Positions 49,459 through 59,145 of a stretch of 64,000 nucleotides of DNA are shown here, one piece after another. The stretch comes from Paramuribaculum sp. GTDB lineage: Bacteria; Bacteroidota; Bacteroidia; Bacteroidales; Muribaculaceae. The notes beneath the pieces are model-generated. The model saw nothing but the letters and a program-made list of their open reading frames with translations, was not told where the DNA came from and ran no database searches. The stretch spans positions 61,152 to 125,151 of the forward strand of contig JAZSAZ010000008.1 in assembly GCA_045602165.1 (NCBI GenBank), in the 5' to 3' direction. A program made the position numbers and the translations under genes. Each line of letters begins with the position of its first letter. Position 1 is the stretch's first letter.

Positions 49459-51996
49459 GTGGAAAGAAAAATTTACACTTATGACGAAGCTTATAACGCT
49501 TCATTAGCCTATTTTGAAGGCGATGAGCTAGCCGCTAGAGTATGGGTTAGCAAGTATGCTTTGAAGGACTCCTTCGGCAACATTTTTGAGCAATCGCCAG
49601 CCGACATGCACCACCGCATTGCCGCTGAAATTGCTCGCATTGAGGGCACATACCCCAATGGAATGAGCCACGATGAAGTATTCTCATTGCTTGACCATTT
49701 CCGCTACATTGTGCCCCAAGGCAGCCCGATGACAGGCATCGGCAACAACTACCAAGTGGCCTCTCTAAGCAACTGCTTCGTTATTGGCATTGATGGCAAG
49801 CCCGACTCCTATGGCGGTGTGATTCGTATTGACGAAGAACAGGTGCAGCTCATGAAACGCCGTGGCGGTGTTGGCCATGACCTTTCACACATTCGCCCCA
49901 AAGGCACTCCGGTAAAAAATTCGGCATTGACATCAACCGGCCTTGTGCCGTTCATGGAACGCTATTCAAACTCAACACGCGAGGTTGCACAGGATGGCCG
50001 CCGCGGTGCATTGATGCTCTCAGTCAGCATTCAGCACCCCGACTCTGAAGCATTCATTGATGCAAAGATGACCGAAGGAAAAGTTACAGGCGCCAATGTG
50101 TCAGTAAGAATCACCGATGAGTTTATGCAAGCGGCTATCGACGAAAAGCCCTTCACTCAGCAATTCCCCACCAACCACCCCAATCCATGGATTACTCAGG
50201 AAATTGATGCCACAAGACTTTGGAAAAAGATAGTGCACAATGCATGGAAATCGGCAGAACCGGGTGTATTATTTTGGGACACCATCACCCGCGAATCACT
50301 CCCCGACTGCTACGCCGATCTCGGATTCCAAACCATATCAACCAACCCTTGCGGTGAAATTCCACTATGCCCCTACGATAGCTGCCGTTTGTTGGCCATC
50401 AATCTATATTCCTACGTAAAGAATCCCTTCACACCCGAAGCAGAATTTGATTTTGACCTTTTCCGCACTCATGTGGCAAAAGCACAGCGTATCATGGACG
50501 ACATCATTGATCTCGAAAGAGAAAAAATCGACATGATTATTGAAAAGATCAAATCAGACCCCGAAAGTGATGAAGTGAAACAAACCGAGCTCCACCTTTG
50601 GAACAAGATTCGCACAAAAACGCTTCAAGGCCGACGCACCGGTGTTGGCTCTACCGGCGAAGGCGACATGCTTGCAGCCCTCGGCTTGCGCTATGGCACA
50701 ACCGAAGCCACTGATTTTTCAACAAATGTACACCGACAGCTTGCACTTGCAGCCTATCGTTCAAGCATTGAATTAGCAAAAGAACGTGGTGCATTTGAAG
50801 TGTTTGACTTTGAGCGCGAAAAGAACAATTCTTATCTCAATCGCCTTGGCGAAGCCGATCCGGAATTGCTTGAGCTTATGAAGCAACATGGCCGTCGCAA
50901 CATTGCATGTCTCACAATTGCGCCCACCGGTACTGTGAGCCTTATGACACAAACATCAAGTGGCATTGAACCGGTGTTTATGCCCGTTTACAAACGTCGT
51001 CGCAAAGTGAATCCCAATGACACAGATGTACGTGTGGACTTCGTTGACGAATCAGGCGATGCCTTTGAAGAGTATGTGGTTTATCATCCAAAATTCATCA
51101 CATGGATGAAGATTAACGGCATTGAGGTTAAATCAGACTATTCACAAGAAGAACTTGACAAATTAGTTGCCGCATCACCCTACTACAAAGCGACAGCCAA
51201 CGATGTTGACTGGATGGAAAAAGTGAGAATGCAAGGCAGTGTACAAAAATGGGTTGACCACTCAATTTCGGTTACAATCAACTTGCCGGCAGATGTTTCT
51301 GAGGAATTGGTAGGCAAACTATATGTTGAAGCATGGCGCTCAGGATGTAAAGGCTGTACAGTGTATCGCGATGGTTGCCGTTCAGGTGTGCTTATCTCTG
51401 TTGATAAAAAGAAAAAAGAGACAAAACCTACTGTAGAAATACCTCCGGTGGTTCATGTACGCCCCATTGAGCTTGAAGCAGATGTGGTTCGATTTCAAAA
51501 CAACAAAGAAAAGTGGATTGCATTCGTTGGCTTGCTCAATAACCGCCCCTATGAAATCTTCACCGGTTTGGCCGATGACGACGATGGCATCTTCTGCCCG
51601 AAATCAGTAACCCGAGGCAAAATCATCAAAGCTATTGATGAAAATGGCAACAAACGCTACGACTTCCAATTCATCAACAAGCGTGGCTATAAGACCACAA
51701 TTGAAGGCCTTTCCGATAAATTCAATCCCGAATATTGGAACTATGCAAAACTCATTTCCGGTGTGTTGCGCTATGGCATGCCCATCGATCAAGTACTTAA
51801 ACTAATTGGCAGCCTTGAACTCGATTCACAAAGCATCAACACATGGAAAATGGGTGTTGAACGTGCGCTCAAGAAATACTTGCCCAATGGGACCAAAGCC
51901 AATGGCCAAGTGTGTCCAAACTGCGGAAACGAATCACTCGTGTACCAGGAAGGCTGCTTGATTTGCACATCTTGTGGCACATCTCGTTGCGGATAA
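49459..51996 (+). CDS. nrdJ: Adenosylcobalamin-dependent (class II) ribonucleotide reductase
   Basis: Motifs LSNCFV, RRGGVG, TNPCGEIPL, TIAPTGT and GCKGCTVYRDG; C-terminal Zn ribbon; no intein or ATP cone seen. Likely GTG start at 49459. Confidence 0.93.
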   Translation: MERKIYTYDEAYNASLAYFEGDELAARVWVSKYALKDSFGNIFEQSPADMHHRIAAEIARIEGTYPNGMSHDEVFSLLDHFRYIVPQGSPMTGIGNNYQVASLSNCFVIGIDGKPDSYGGVIRIDEEQVQLMKRRGGVGHDLSHIRPKGTPVKNSALTSTGLVPFMERYSNSTREVAQDGRRGALMLSVSIQHPDSEAFIDAKMTEGKVTGANVSVRITDEFMQAAIDEKPFTQQFPTNHPNPWITQEIDATRLWKKIVHNAWKSAEPGVLFWDTITRESLPDCYADLGFQTISTNPCGEIPLCPYDSCRLLAINLYSYVKNPFTPEAEFDFDLFRTHVAKAQRIMDDIIDLEREKIDMIIEKIKSDPESDEVKQTELHLWNKIRTKTLQGRRTGVGSTGEGDMLAALGLRYGTTEATDFSTNVHRQLALAAYRSSIELAKERGAFEVFDFEREKNNSYLNRLGEADPELLELMKQHGRRNIACLTIAPTGTVSLMTQTSSGIEPVFMPVYKRRRKVNPNDTDVRVDFVDESGDAFEEYVVYHPKFITWMKINGIEVKSDYSQEELDKLVAASPYYKATANDVDWMEKVRMQGSVQKWVDHSISVTINLPADVSEELVGKLYVEAWRSGCKGCTVYRDGCRSGVLISVDKKKKETKPTVEIPPVVHVRPIELEADVVRFQNNKEKWIAFVGLLNNRPYEIFTGLADDDDGIFCPKSVTRGKIIKAIDENGNKRYDFQFINKRGYKTTIEGLSDKFNPEYWNYAKLISGVLRYGMPIDQVLKLIGSLELDSQSINTWKMGVERALKKYLPNGTKANGQVCPNCGNESLVYQEGCLICTSCGTSRCG

Positions 51997-52022
51997 TCCC
52001 CATATAAAACATATTATCACCC

Positions 52023-52054
52023 AAAAGGCGCTCGCTATAATGCTTGCGCCTTTT
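52023..52054 (+). terminator. Terminator of nrdJ
   Basis: AAAAGGCGC pairs with GCGCCTTTT. Confidence 0.7.
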
Positions 52055-52085
52055 AATTTGACTTGCAGTTTTAACAAATTATACC

Positions 52086-52093
52086 TACATTTG
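52086..52093 (+). promoter_or_regulatory. -7 promoter box (TACATTTG) for malQ
   Basis: Consensus match. Confidence 0.7.
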
Positions 52094-52141
52094 AACTCTT
52101 ACTAACCATAGAAAAACTCTCAGATTCACACTTTTTTTTGT

Positions 52142-54826
52142 ATGAGACTGATATTCAACATAGATTACCACACCAACGATGGTGAATGCATCTGCATCAG
52201 CGGCAATATCCCCGAATTAGGCAGCAACGATAGTTCTAAAGCCGTCATGCTACGCCCTATGGGGAACGGAAAAAATGCACTCGAATTAATAATTTCCCCG
52301 GCCACATCATCAATAAGCTATCGCTATCTCATCATGAGAAGAGATGGAACCCGCCGAGAAGAATGGGGTTCAAGCCGAACCATTCGTCTTGATTCACGAC
52401 TTCCGGAAGCCACTATATATGATATTTGGCAGGATCAACCAATCGACAAACAATTCCACACAAAAGCATTCACTGAATGTATTTATGGGCGCCGATTCCA
52501 AGAAGCGCCGACAACAATAAAACCAAACACCACCAACATTCGTGTTAATGCTCCTAAAATAGCCCCCGGAGAGGTGTTGGCAATAAGCGGTTCATGTGAG
52601 TTCCTCGGTAATTGGCAACCTGAAAATGCATTGGTGATGAGCGATGCCGAATTCCCGCTATGGAGCGTTGAACTACCTTCTGACATCACCGATGGTCAAC
52701 ACATCGAGTACAAATTTCTCACACTTAGAAAATCCGATCTATCCCTGATTAACTGGGAAGATGGAGGGAACAGAATCTTACATCAGCTGAAATCAAAATC
52801 ATTTGGCGCCACTATTATCTCAGAGCATAACTTCAAAGACTCTGACACACACCAATGGCGCGGAGCCGGTGTTGCTATACCTGTGTTTTCACTCCGAAGC
52901 AACGATGACTTTGGGGTTGGCGAATTTGCTGACATCAAACTATTGGCTGATTGGGCTGCATCAACCGGCCAACAAATCATCCAGCTACTCCCAATCAATG
53001 ATACTACCATGAGTTACTCATGGACTGACTCATACCCCTACAATGCCAACTCATGCTTTGCGCTGCATCCAATGTATCTACGCTTGCAAGATATGGGACA
53101 TCTCAACGACTTTGAACAGCAATCTCGCTATGATGCCTTGGCTCGCGAATTAAATGAATTGCCCTCCGTGGACTATGAACGAGTAAATCGTTTTAAAAAC
53201 GAATTTACCCGCTTGCTTTTCAAGCAGCAAGGCGAAGCAGAAATGACATCTACAGAGTTTAAAAAATTCGTTGATGCAAATATCTCTTGGCTGAAACCTT
53301 ATGCCGCTTTCTGCACATTACGCGATTTACACAAAACTGCCGACACCAGCGCATGGGAGGAATATGCCACTTATAATCCTGAAAACATTGAACGATTTAT
53401 CTCTTGCCACGAACAAGAAATAAATTATGTTTACTACATACAATATCACCTCGACCGCCAATTGCGCGATGCGTGTCAGTATGCTCATTCTCTCGGCATT
53501 GCCATAAAAGGCGACATTCCAATCGGCATTTCACGAAACAGCGTTGACGCTTGGACCAATCCCGAACTGTTCAACCTTGAAAGCTCAGCCGGTGCTCCCC
53601 CGGATGACTTTTCTATCATGGGACAGAATTGGGATTTCCCGACATATAATTGGGATGTGATGATGCGCGACGGTTTTTCTTGGTGGAAAGCACGATTCAA
53701 AAAAATGGCTGAATATTTTGACGCCTACCGCATTGACCATGTGCTTGGCTTCTTCCGCATTTGGCAAATCCCACGCAATGCAATTCATGGTCTTCTCGGA
53801 GTGTTCAATTCAGCCCTGCCAATGACACCCGAAGAGATGCGCCACTGCTTTGATTTCTATTTCCGACGTGAAGAATTTACGTCGCCCTACATTGTTGACA
53901 AGCAGATTAATGAAATTTTTGGTGATTTAGCCGATGAAATTCGCGCAAACTACCTGATTCCAATAGACAACCAGCGCTATCAACTCCGAATTGAGTATTC
54001 TACACAGCGACAAGTGAATAATCGCTTTGCCAACAACTTGCAAGACCAAAGAATCAGCCGAATACACAATGGTTTAATGCGCCTCATTGATGATGTTCTT
54101 TTTATTGAAGATCCATATCAAAAGGGCAAATATCATCCACGAATCTCAGCCCACACAACATATATTTATAAATCACTCAACGATTATGAGCAGCTGACAT
54201 TCAATCGCTTATATGACCACTTCTACTATCATCGCCACAATGAATTTTGGCAAGAAAAAGCGATGACAAAGCTACCCTCTCTCATTGAGTCTACCCAAAT
54301 GCTATGCTGCGCTGAAGACCTTGGAATGATTCCGGCATGTGTGCCCGACGTAATGAACCAACTTGGCATTCTTTCTCTTGAAATACAGAGAATGCCAAAA
54401 GACTCAAGCACCATATTTGCGGAAACCAACAAGTATCCCTACCTCTCTGTGTGCACAACTTCTACTCACGATATGCCAGGTATTCGTCAATGGTGGGAAT
54501 CCGACTCGAAGACCACATTGAATTTCTACAATCAAGTTATAGGCAACAAAGGCGATGCACCTTATTTTGCAGAGCCATGGATATGCCGTAGGATTGTGGA
54601 AATGCACTTGGAATCGCCATCTATGCTTTGCATTTTGCCCCTACAAGATTGGCTGGCGACCGACGGAACACTCCGCCGACAGGATCCACGCGAAGAGCAG
54701 ATTAATGTACCAGCCAACCCGCATCACTATTGGCGCTATCGCATGCACATGACATTAGAGAAACTTCGCTCGGAAACTCAATTCAACCGATCAATTTCGG
54801 ACATGATTGCAAGCTCCGGACGATAG
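52142..54826 (+). CDS. malQ: 4-alpha-glucanotransferase, GH77 (DPE2-like, two N-terminal CBM20-like domains)
   Basis: Motifs QLLPINDT, KGDIPIG, GAPPDDFS, YRIDHVLGFFRIW, AEDLG and TSTHD. Confidence 0.95.
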   Translation: MRLIFNIDYHTNDGECICISGNIPELGSNDSSKAVMLRPMGNGKNALELIISPATSSISYRYLIMRRDGTRREEWGSSRTIRLDSRLPEATIYDIWQDQPIDKQFHTKAFTECIYGRRFQEAPTTIKPNTTNIRVNAPKIAPGEVLAISGSCEFLGNWQPENALVMSDAEFPLWSVELPSDITDGQHIEYKFLTLRKSDLSLINWEDGGNRILHQLKSKSFGATIISEHNFKDSDTHQWRGAGVAIPVFSLRSNDDFGVGEFADIKLLADWAASTGQQIIQLLPINDTTMSYSWTDSYPYNANSCFALHPMYLRLQDMGHLNDFEQQSRYDALARELNELPSVDYERVNRFKNEFTRLLFKQQGEAEMTSTEFKKFVDANISWLKPYAAFCTLRDLHKTADTSAWEEYATYNPENIERFISCHEQEINYVYYIQYHLDRQLRDACQYAHSLGIAIKGDIPIGISRNSVDAWTNPELFNLESSAGAPPDDFSIMGQNWDFPTYNWDVMMRDGFSWWKARFKKMAEYFDAYRIDHVLGFFRIWQIPRNAIHGLLGVFNSALPMTPEEMRHCFDFYFRREEFTSPYIVDKQINEIFGDLADEIRANYLIPIDNQRYQLRIEYSTQRQVNNRFANNLQDQRISRIHNGLMRLIDDVLFIEDPYQKGKYHPRISAHTTYIYKSLNDYEQLTFNRLYDHFYYHRHNEFWQEKAMTKLPSLIESTQMLCCAEDLGMIPACVPDVMNQLGILSLEIQRMPKDSSTIFAETNKYPYLSVCTTSTHDMPGIRQWWESDSKTTLNFYNQVIGNKGDAPYFAEPWICRRIVEMHLESPSMLCILPLQDWLATDGTLRRQDPREEQINVPANPHHYWRYRMHMTLEKLRSETQFNRSISDMIASSGR

Positions 54827-54829
54827 GCA

Positions 54830-56854
54830 CTACCAATGAGGGGTGATTGATATAAAAGCTTCGAAATTAATCCCCGGCATCGGGTGAGAAAGCACTGAGA
54901 TATACTCCTCATCAAACAGATTATTAATGGTAATTTTAGCCGATAGGTCGAGCGCATTCCAACGGAATATGCGTTCGACACTTATATTATTCATATAATA
55001 AGCCGGGAGCGAGCCTGTTAGCGACTCGGAATTATCCGACATTGTGAATCGGCGGCTATAATGAAGCCATTTGTAGTGCAGAGTCCAATCACGCCACGAC
55101 AAGCGTGCATTGGCCCCGGCAGAATATTGCGGCACATAGGGCAATTGCTTCCCAACAGAATTATCGGCCGATGAATATTGCTCACCATTATTTATGGATG
55201 GGGTCCATGAAAAACCGGCATCAACCCCTGCTTGCCACCCTCTGCCCAGCGACAAGGCTAAATCGGCCTTAACCTCAATCCCATAGGAATGAACGCTCTT
55301 AATATTGCGCGGCGAAAAGAACCCTTTAGTTGTTGGCAACCACAAAATCCAATCTTCAATCTTTGAATCAAACCATGTTATTGACCCCTTCAATGCATAG
55401 CGCTGTGACGAACCAATAGCAAATTGTGCACCCACATCATAGCTCCACCCCATTTCAGGACGCAGATGCGGATTCCCTCCGGGGATAAAATAAAGGTCGT
55501 TGAGCGATGGATAGCGATAGTTTCGCGAAGCCGATGCCTTTACCACAAGATTCCATTCGGGCACAAGAGTGAAATCGACAAAAAGAGCCGGTATAGGCTG
55601 TGATAGTTCATCGCCAATCAAATCGCCTCTCAACACCGCCGAAAGGCCTAAAAGATTCGTTGGCCGCCATTTTGCAGTCAAAGCCCCTGTGAGTTCAAAC
55701 CGTCCTTTGTCATATCCGAAGATATAATTTCTCGGCGACACTTCAAATGGGTTGTTATCTGTGCTACGCACAAAATATTGATGGGCCTTTGCCGAAGCTG
55801 TAAACACCCACTTTTGATTCGGATAGAAATCAACCAGAGCAGCACCATAGGCAGTGTGTGACGTCGAGCGCGAACGAGTCATCACAGCTAACGAGCCATT
55901 GCCGGTGTCGCGCTGATAGTCATAAGCCATTCGAGTGTAGGCATAGCCGGCATCGCCTTGCACTCTCCAAAGTCCAAACTGACGATGCCACGAAACAACG
56001 CCGCGAAATGTTTGTTCTCGTTGACGATTCTCAAATTCGCTTTCATCGCCATAGTCTGTGGTCAACATTGGCAACTCCCTATTGGAATTGACATACCAGA
56101 GTTTGAGCGCAGCATGGTCGCCCTGCTCTGAATCATAATACACCTCTTGCAATAGATGGAAATCACAAAATGCGCCACTCCGATTCCGCTCTTCAGGATA
56201 ATATTGGCCTATGATATTATGATTGCTATCATAGATATTTTCTTTTTTATCGCGGTTGGTGTATTTATAGTCATTGGCCGATGTTGACAGAACGGCACGC
56301 GTTGAAGTTCGCCACTTCTTGCCACCATAATTAACCCGCAAAAACTCATCGAATGTTGAAAACGAACCAACCCCTTGCACATATTGCGCCGACCATCCCA
56401 AAGACTCAACACCCTTTGTGGCAAGCTGCACAGCTCCGCCGAGCCCACCTCCGGTTGCAGCCACAGAAGAGCTTCCGTGTAACAACGATGCATCATCAAT
56501 AAAATAAGCCGGGATCAGCGAGAAATCGGTCATTCCCATCATAGGTGCATTGATGTTCATTCCATTCCATGTCACAGCGGTGTGGGCCGGAGAGGTTCCG
56601 CGAAAAGAGACTGTGGAAAGAGTGGCACGCCCATAATTCTTCACAAATAGAGATGAATTATAAGCCAAAACATCGGCCATGGACAGCGACACATTCTCTT
56701 TAAGGGCCACCGAGTCGATTAATGTCAATTGTCGGCCAATATCAGCCATGGGGCGCACAGCATTGGCAGTGACCTCCGGCAGTGAGATTGTTCGCTGAGC
56801 CATCACCAAAAGCGATGACACAGCAACAATAAATATTATGGTTCCTAATCTCAT
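54830..56854 (-). CDS. btuB: TonB-dependent cobalamin transporter (BtuB-like)
   Basis: TonB-box-like LPEVTA; plug motif FVKNYGRATLSTVSFRGTSPAHT.VTWNG; downstream of btuG and a cobalamin riboswitch. Confidence 0.88.
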   Translation of the reverse strand: MRLGTIIFIVAVSSLLVMAQRTISLPEVTANAVRPMADIGRQLTLIDSVALKENVSLSMADVLAYNSSLFVKNYGRATLSTVSFRGTSPAHTAVTWNGMNINAPMMGMTDFSLIPAYFIDDASLLHGSSSVAATGGGLGGAVQLATKGVESLGWSAQYVQGVGSFSTFDEFLRVNYGGKKWRTSTRAVLSTSANDYKYTNRDKKENIYDSNHNIIGQYYPEERNRSGAFCDFHLLQEVYYDSEQGDHAALKLWYVNSNRELPMLTTDYGDESEFENRQREQTFRGVVSWHRQFGLWRVQGDAGYAYTRMAYDYQRDTGNGSLAVMTRSRSTSHTAYGAALVDFYPNQKWVFTASAKAHQYFVRSTDNNPFEVSPRNYIFGYDKGRFELTGALTAKWRPTNLLGLSAVLRGDLIGDELSQPIPALFVDFTLVPEWNLVVKASASRNYRYPSLNDLYFIPGGNPHLRPEMGWSYDVGAQFAIGSSQRYALKGSITWFDSKIEDWILWLPTTKGFFSPRNIKSVHSYGIEVKADLALSLGRGWQAGVDAGFSWTPSINNGEQYSSADNSVGKQLPYVPQYSAGANARLSWRDWTLHYKWLHYSRRFTMSDNSESLTGSLPAYYMNNISVERIFRWNALDLSAKITINNLFDEEYISVLSHPMPGINFEAFISITPHW

Positions 56855-56862
56855 CTCTACAC

Positions 56863-57927
56863 TTAGTTCTTCCAACAAAAAGCTCCGGGAGTAACCCCGA
56901 CAGTGAAATCGCCCAACAATTTACCCTCAGCAGAGTAGTGATATATAATACCCGGCTGCTGATAATCAATTGCATCAGCCACATAAACATCATTAGTCAC
57001 AGGGTCAACAGTGAGCCCATAATAGATGGTTTGACGCGAACGAATCAAAGGGCGCAATGGCAAACGCGTTGCCCCAACATCCATACGCCACACATCATCG
57101 TTTATCCAATATATAGCATCTGCATCTTTATTTATAGCAAGCTCAGAAGGAGTGTCGTCCGGATAAAAATCAAATTTGGCATCAACCTCAAACGTGGCAA
57201 GGTTAATGCAATATAAAGCAGGAGTTTCAGCCCCCATAGGCGAACCCTTAAAGCCCCCATCACAAATGGTCCACAATCTATTATATTTATCTGCCACGAT
57301 TGAATTTGGCTGCGGCCCTACGGTCAATTCATCAACAACCATATCTGTGTGGGTGTCGATTTTCAAAATGCGATTTTGATAACTCCAACAGTTGACATAG
57401 ACATATCTACCCACTTGAACCATCTGCTCGGTTGACCCGGTGGCCGAATTCATTGACGGCACATCGATATAACCAGCGATTTCATAACGCTTAGGATTGA
57501 TAATGGCTATTCTATTATCCCACAACTGAGTCACATAGGCTTTTTCAGGAGAAACGAAATGAATGTAACGCGGCGATGTAAAGCCGGTTATGCGCCCTTG
57601 TTCGCGAAATGTCAGCGGATCAATAGCAAACACCACATGGGAATGGTTAACAACTATCCAACACAAACCGCCGGCCATGGTCATTGACTGACCGACATCA
57701 CCCAGACGCATCCCATTTGCTCGATAAAACACCTCATTGGTACATGTATCAGCCTCTACGTCATAATAGCTCAGAGTGGCATTCCCATATTGAAAATTGC
57801 CCTCACAAACTATAAAAAGGCCATGCCCCGAGGCCTTAAAATCCTCGGGGCTGCCATATTCCCACTCCATGCACGACGACATTAGCACACATAGAAGCAG
57901 GGCGCTTATTTGACAGAAAAGTTTCAA
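56863..57927 (-). CDS. btuG: Surface lipoprotein beta-propeller B12 scavenger (BtuG-like)
   Basis: Lipobox MSSC; EGNFQYGNATLSYYD, FTSPRYIHF, STEQMV, NCWSYQNRILKID and DAIDYQQ closely recall Bacteroides BtuG. Confidence 0.9.
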   Translation of the reverse strand: MKLFCQISALLLCVLMSSCMEWEYGSPEDFKASGHGLFIVCEGNFQYGNATLSYYDVEADTCTNEVFYRANGMRLGDVGQSMTMAGGLCWIVVNHSHVVFAIDPLTFREQGRITGFTSPRYIHFVSPEKAYVTQLWDNRIAIINPKRYEIAGYIDVPSMNSATGSTEQMVQVGRYVYVNCWSYQNRILKIDTHTDMVVDELTVGPQPNSIVADKYNRLWTICDGGFKGSPMGAETPALYCINLATFEVDAKFDFYPDDTPSELAINKDADAIYWINDDVWRMDVGATRLPLRPLIRSRQTIYYGLTVDPVTNDVYVADAIDYQQPGIIYHYSAEGKLLGDFTVGVTPGAFCWKN

Positions 57928-58781
57928 TTCAATCTGATTGTGATATTATCTATTGCCAGATACGATGGTGTGTTAAGACCATAATCGCCCAAATCAGAGC
58001 CATCAAAATCAAAAACAACCTTATTTACAGGGCCTAATCCCACGAGCGACCACGACTGCCAAGCAGCAGCGATGTCAACTACATTTGAACCGACACGATA
58101 ATCGCAAAGATATTTCTCAACAGTTGCAGTTTCATTGCCCAATGCATCATAGCCTATGGCCCTAACCTTAAACCAACCATTAACATCTCTAAAATGGCGT
58201 CCGGGATGGATACCAAAAGGATTCCCCTCAGTGATTACACCATAAACATAGGCTGTGGGGCAAATCTCCATATTTTCAATCACACACTCAGCACCTGCAG
58301 AAAATTTAAAAGATGCTGCACTATCATCATCGCCATAAACAATTGCGAATGTATCAGAGCCTTGAGCTCCGGCACCTTGATTTGCACCATCGGAAGAGAT
58401 GGTGTTATAAACCGAAAGTTGATTTAGATATGATTTCCACCAATCGCCGGTATCTCCAACTCTATTTGAACGATGATTCCACTGCGAAAGGGCAATTCCG
58501 CCTCCTGAAAACTCATAAACTCCGGTCCAAGCTGAAAGATTTACTCCAAATTCAAATGAAACATCACCGATTTCCGACATTGGAATAACACCTTTGGTGA
58601 ATTTCTCTCCACCATAGTTTGCATACAAATTTTCACCATAAGGTGACGGACCTCCAAGCAAAATGCCGGTGTTCTCAAAATCAATCACACATCTTTCTGG
58701 AGCATTAGGTTCGTCATCGGAACAAGCCCCAAACATCATTGATGCACAGCAAAGAGCAAAAATTACTTTAAGATTTTTCAT
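57924..58781 (-). CDS. DUF4465-family lipoprotein (BtuJ-like B12-binding protein)
   Basis: Lipobox FGAC followed by acidic SDDEP; C-terminal G.YGLNTPSYLAIDNI; first gene after the riboswitch. Confidence 0.75.
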   Translation of the reverse strand: MKNLKVIFALCCASMMFGACSDDEPNAPERCVIDFENTGILLGGPSPYGENLYANYGGEKFTKGVIPMSEIGDVSFEFGVNLSAWTGVYEFSGGGIALSQWNHRSNRVGDTGDWWKSYLNQLSVYNTISSDGANQGAGAQGSDTFAIVYGDDDSAASFKFSAGAECVIENMEICPTAYVYGVITEGNPFGIHPGRHFRDVNGWFKVRAIGYDALGNETATVEKYLCDYRVGSNVVDIAAAWQSWSLVGLGPVNKVVFDFDGSDLGDYGLNTPSYLAIDNITIRLN

Positions 58782-58956
58782 CTGTTTCTCCTTTAATGAG
58801 TTAATAAATTATATATTAGCGGGAAACAGCAGAAAAGCAACAAGAAATTCAATCTCGCTATCTGAAATCAATTTTAAAGATTTTCGCCTCAGACAACCTA
58901 TTCTTGCCCCCATAGCCCATTTTCCCGCAGGCGCCTTCGTTGGGTTTTGCTTTGAT

Positions 58957-59107
58957 AGGTTTTCTGACTTATTCCTGATTCAACAGCCTTCTCAGATTGC
59001 GATATCCAATGGCTCTACATTGCTGAATCATCCTACATCTCATGCAGGGGGAAAACACAGCAGCGGGTACTGTCCCGGATTCTAACCGGATTCCCTTGTC
59101 AAAGCAC
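58957..59107 (-). promoter_or_regulatory. Cobalamin riboswitch aptamer
   Basis: The minus strand reads AAGGGAA-TCCGGTTAGAATCCGG-GACAGTACCCGCTGCTGT...GCCATTGG...GAGAAGGC...AAGTCAGAAAACCT (B12 box), upstream of btu genes. Confidence 0.92.
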
Positions 59108-59109
59108 TG

Positions 59110-59140
59110 CAAAGGTATATATTCAAATTTAATTACGCAA
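59110..59140 (-). promoter_or_regulatory. Internal promoter for the riboswitch-btuJ-btuG-btuB unit
   Basis: -7 TACCTTTG (59110-59117) and -33 TTG (59138-59140) with a 20-nt spacer, just past the btuH-like stop. Confidence 0.75.
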
Positions 59141-59145
59141 CTACT

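Noticed and set aside
49459-51996. Intein or intron in nrdJ
   Set aside because: The ORF is continuous and of normal size, with no splicing motifs.
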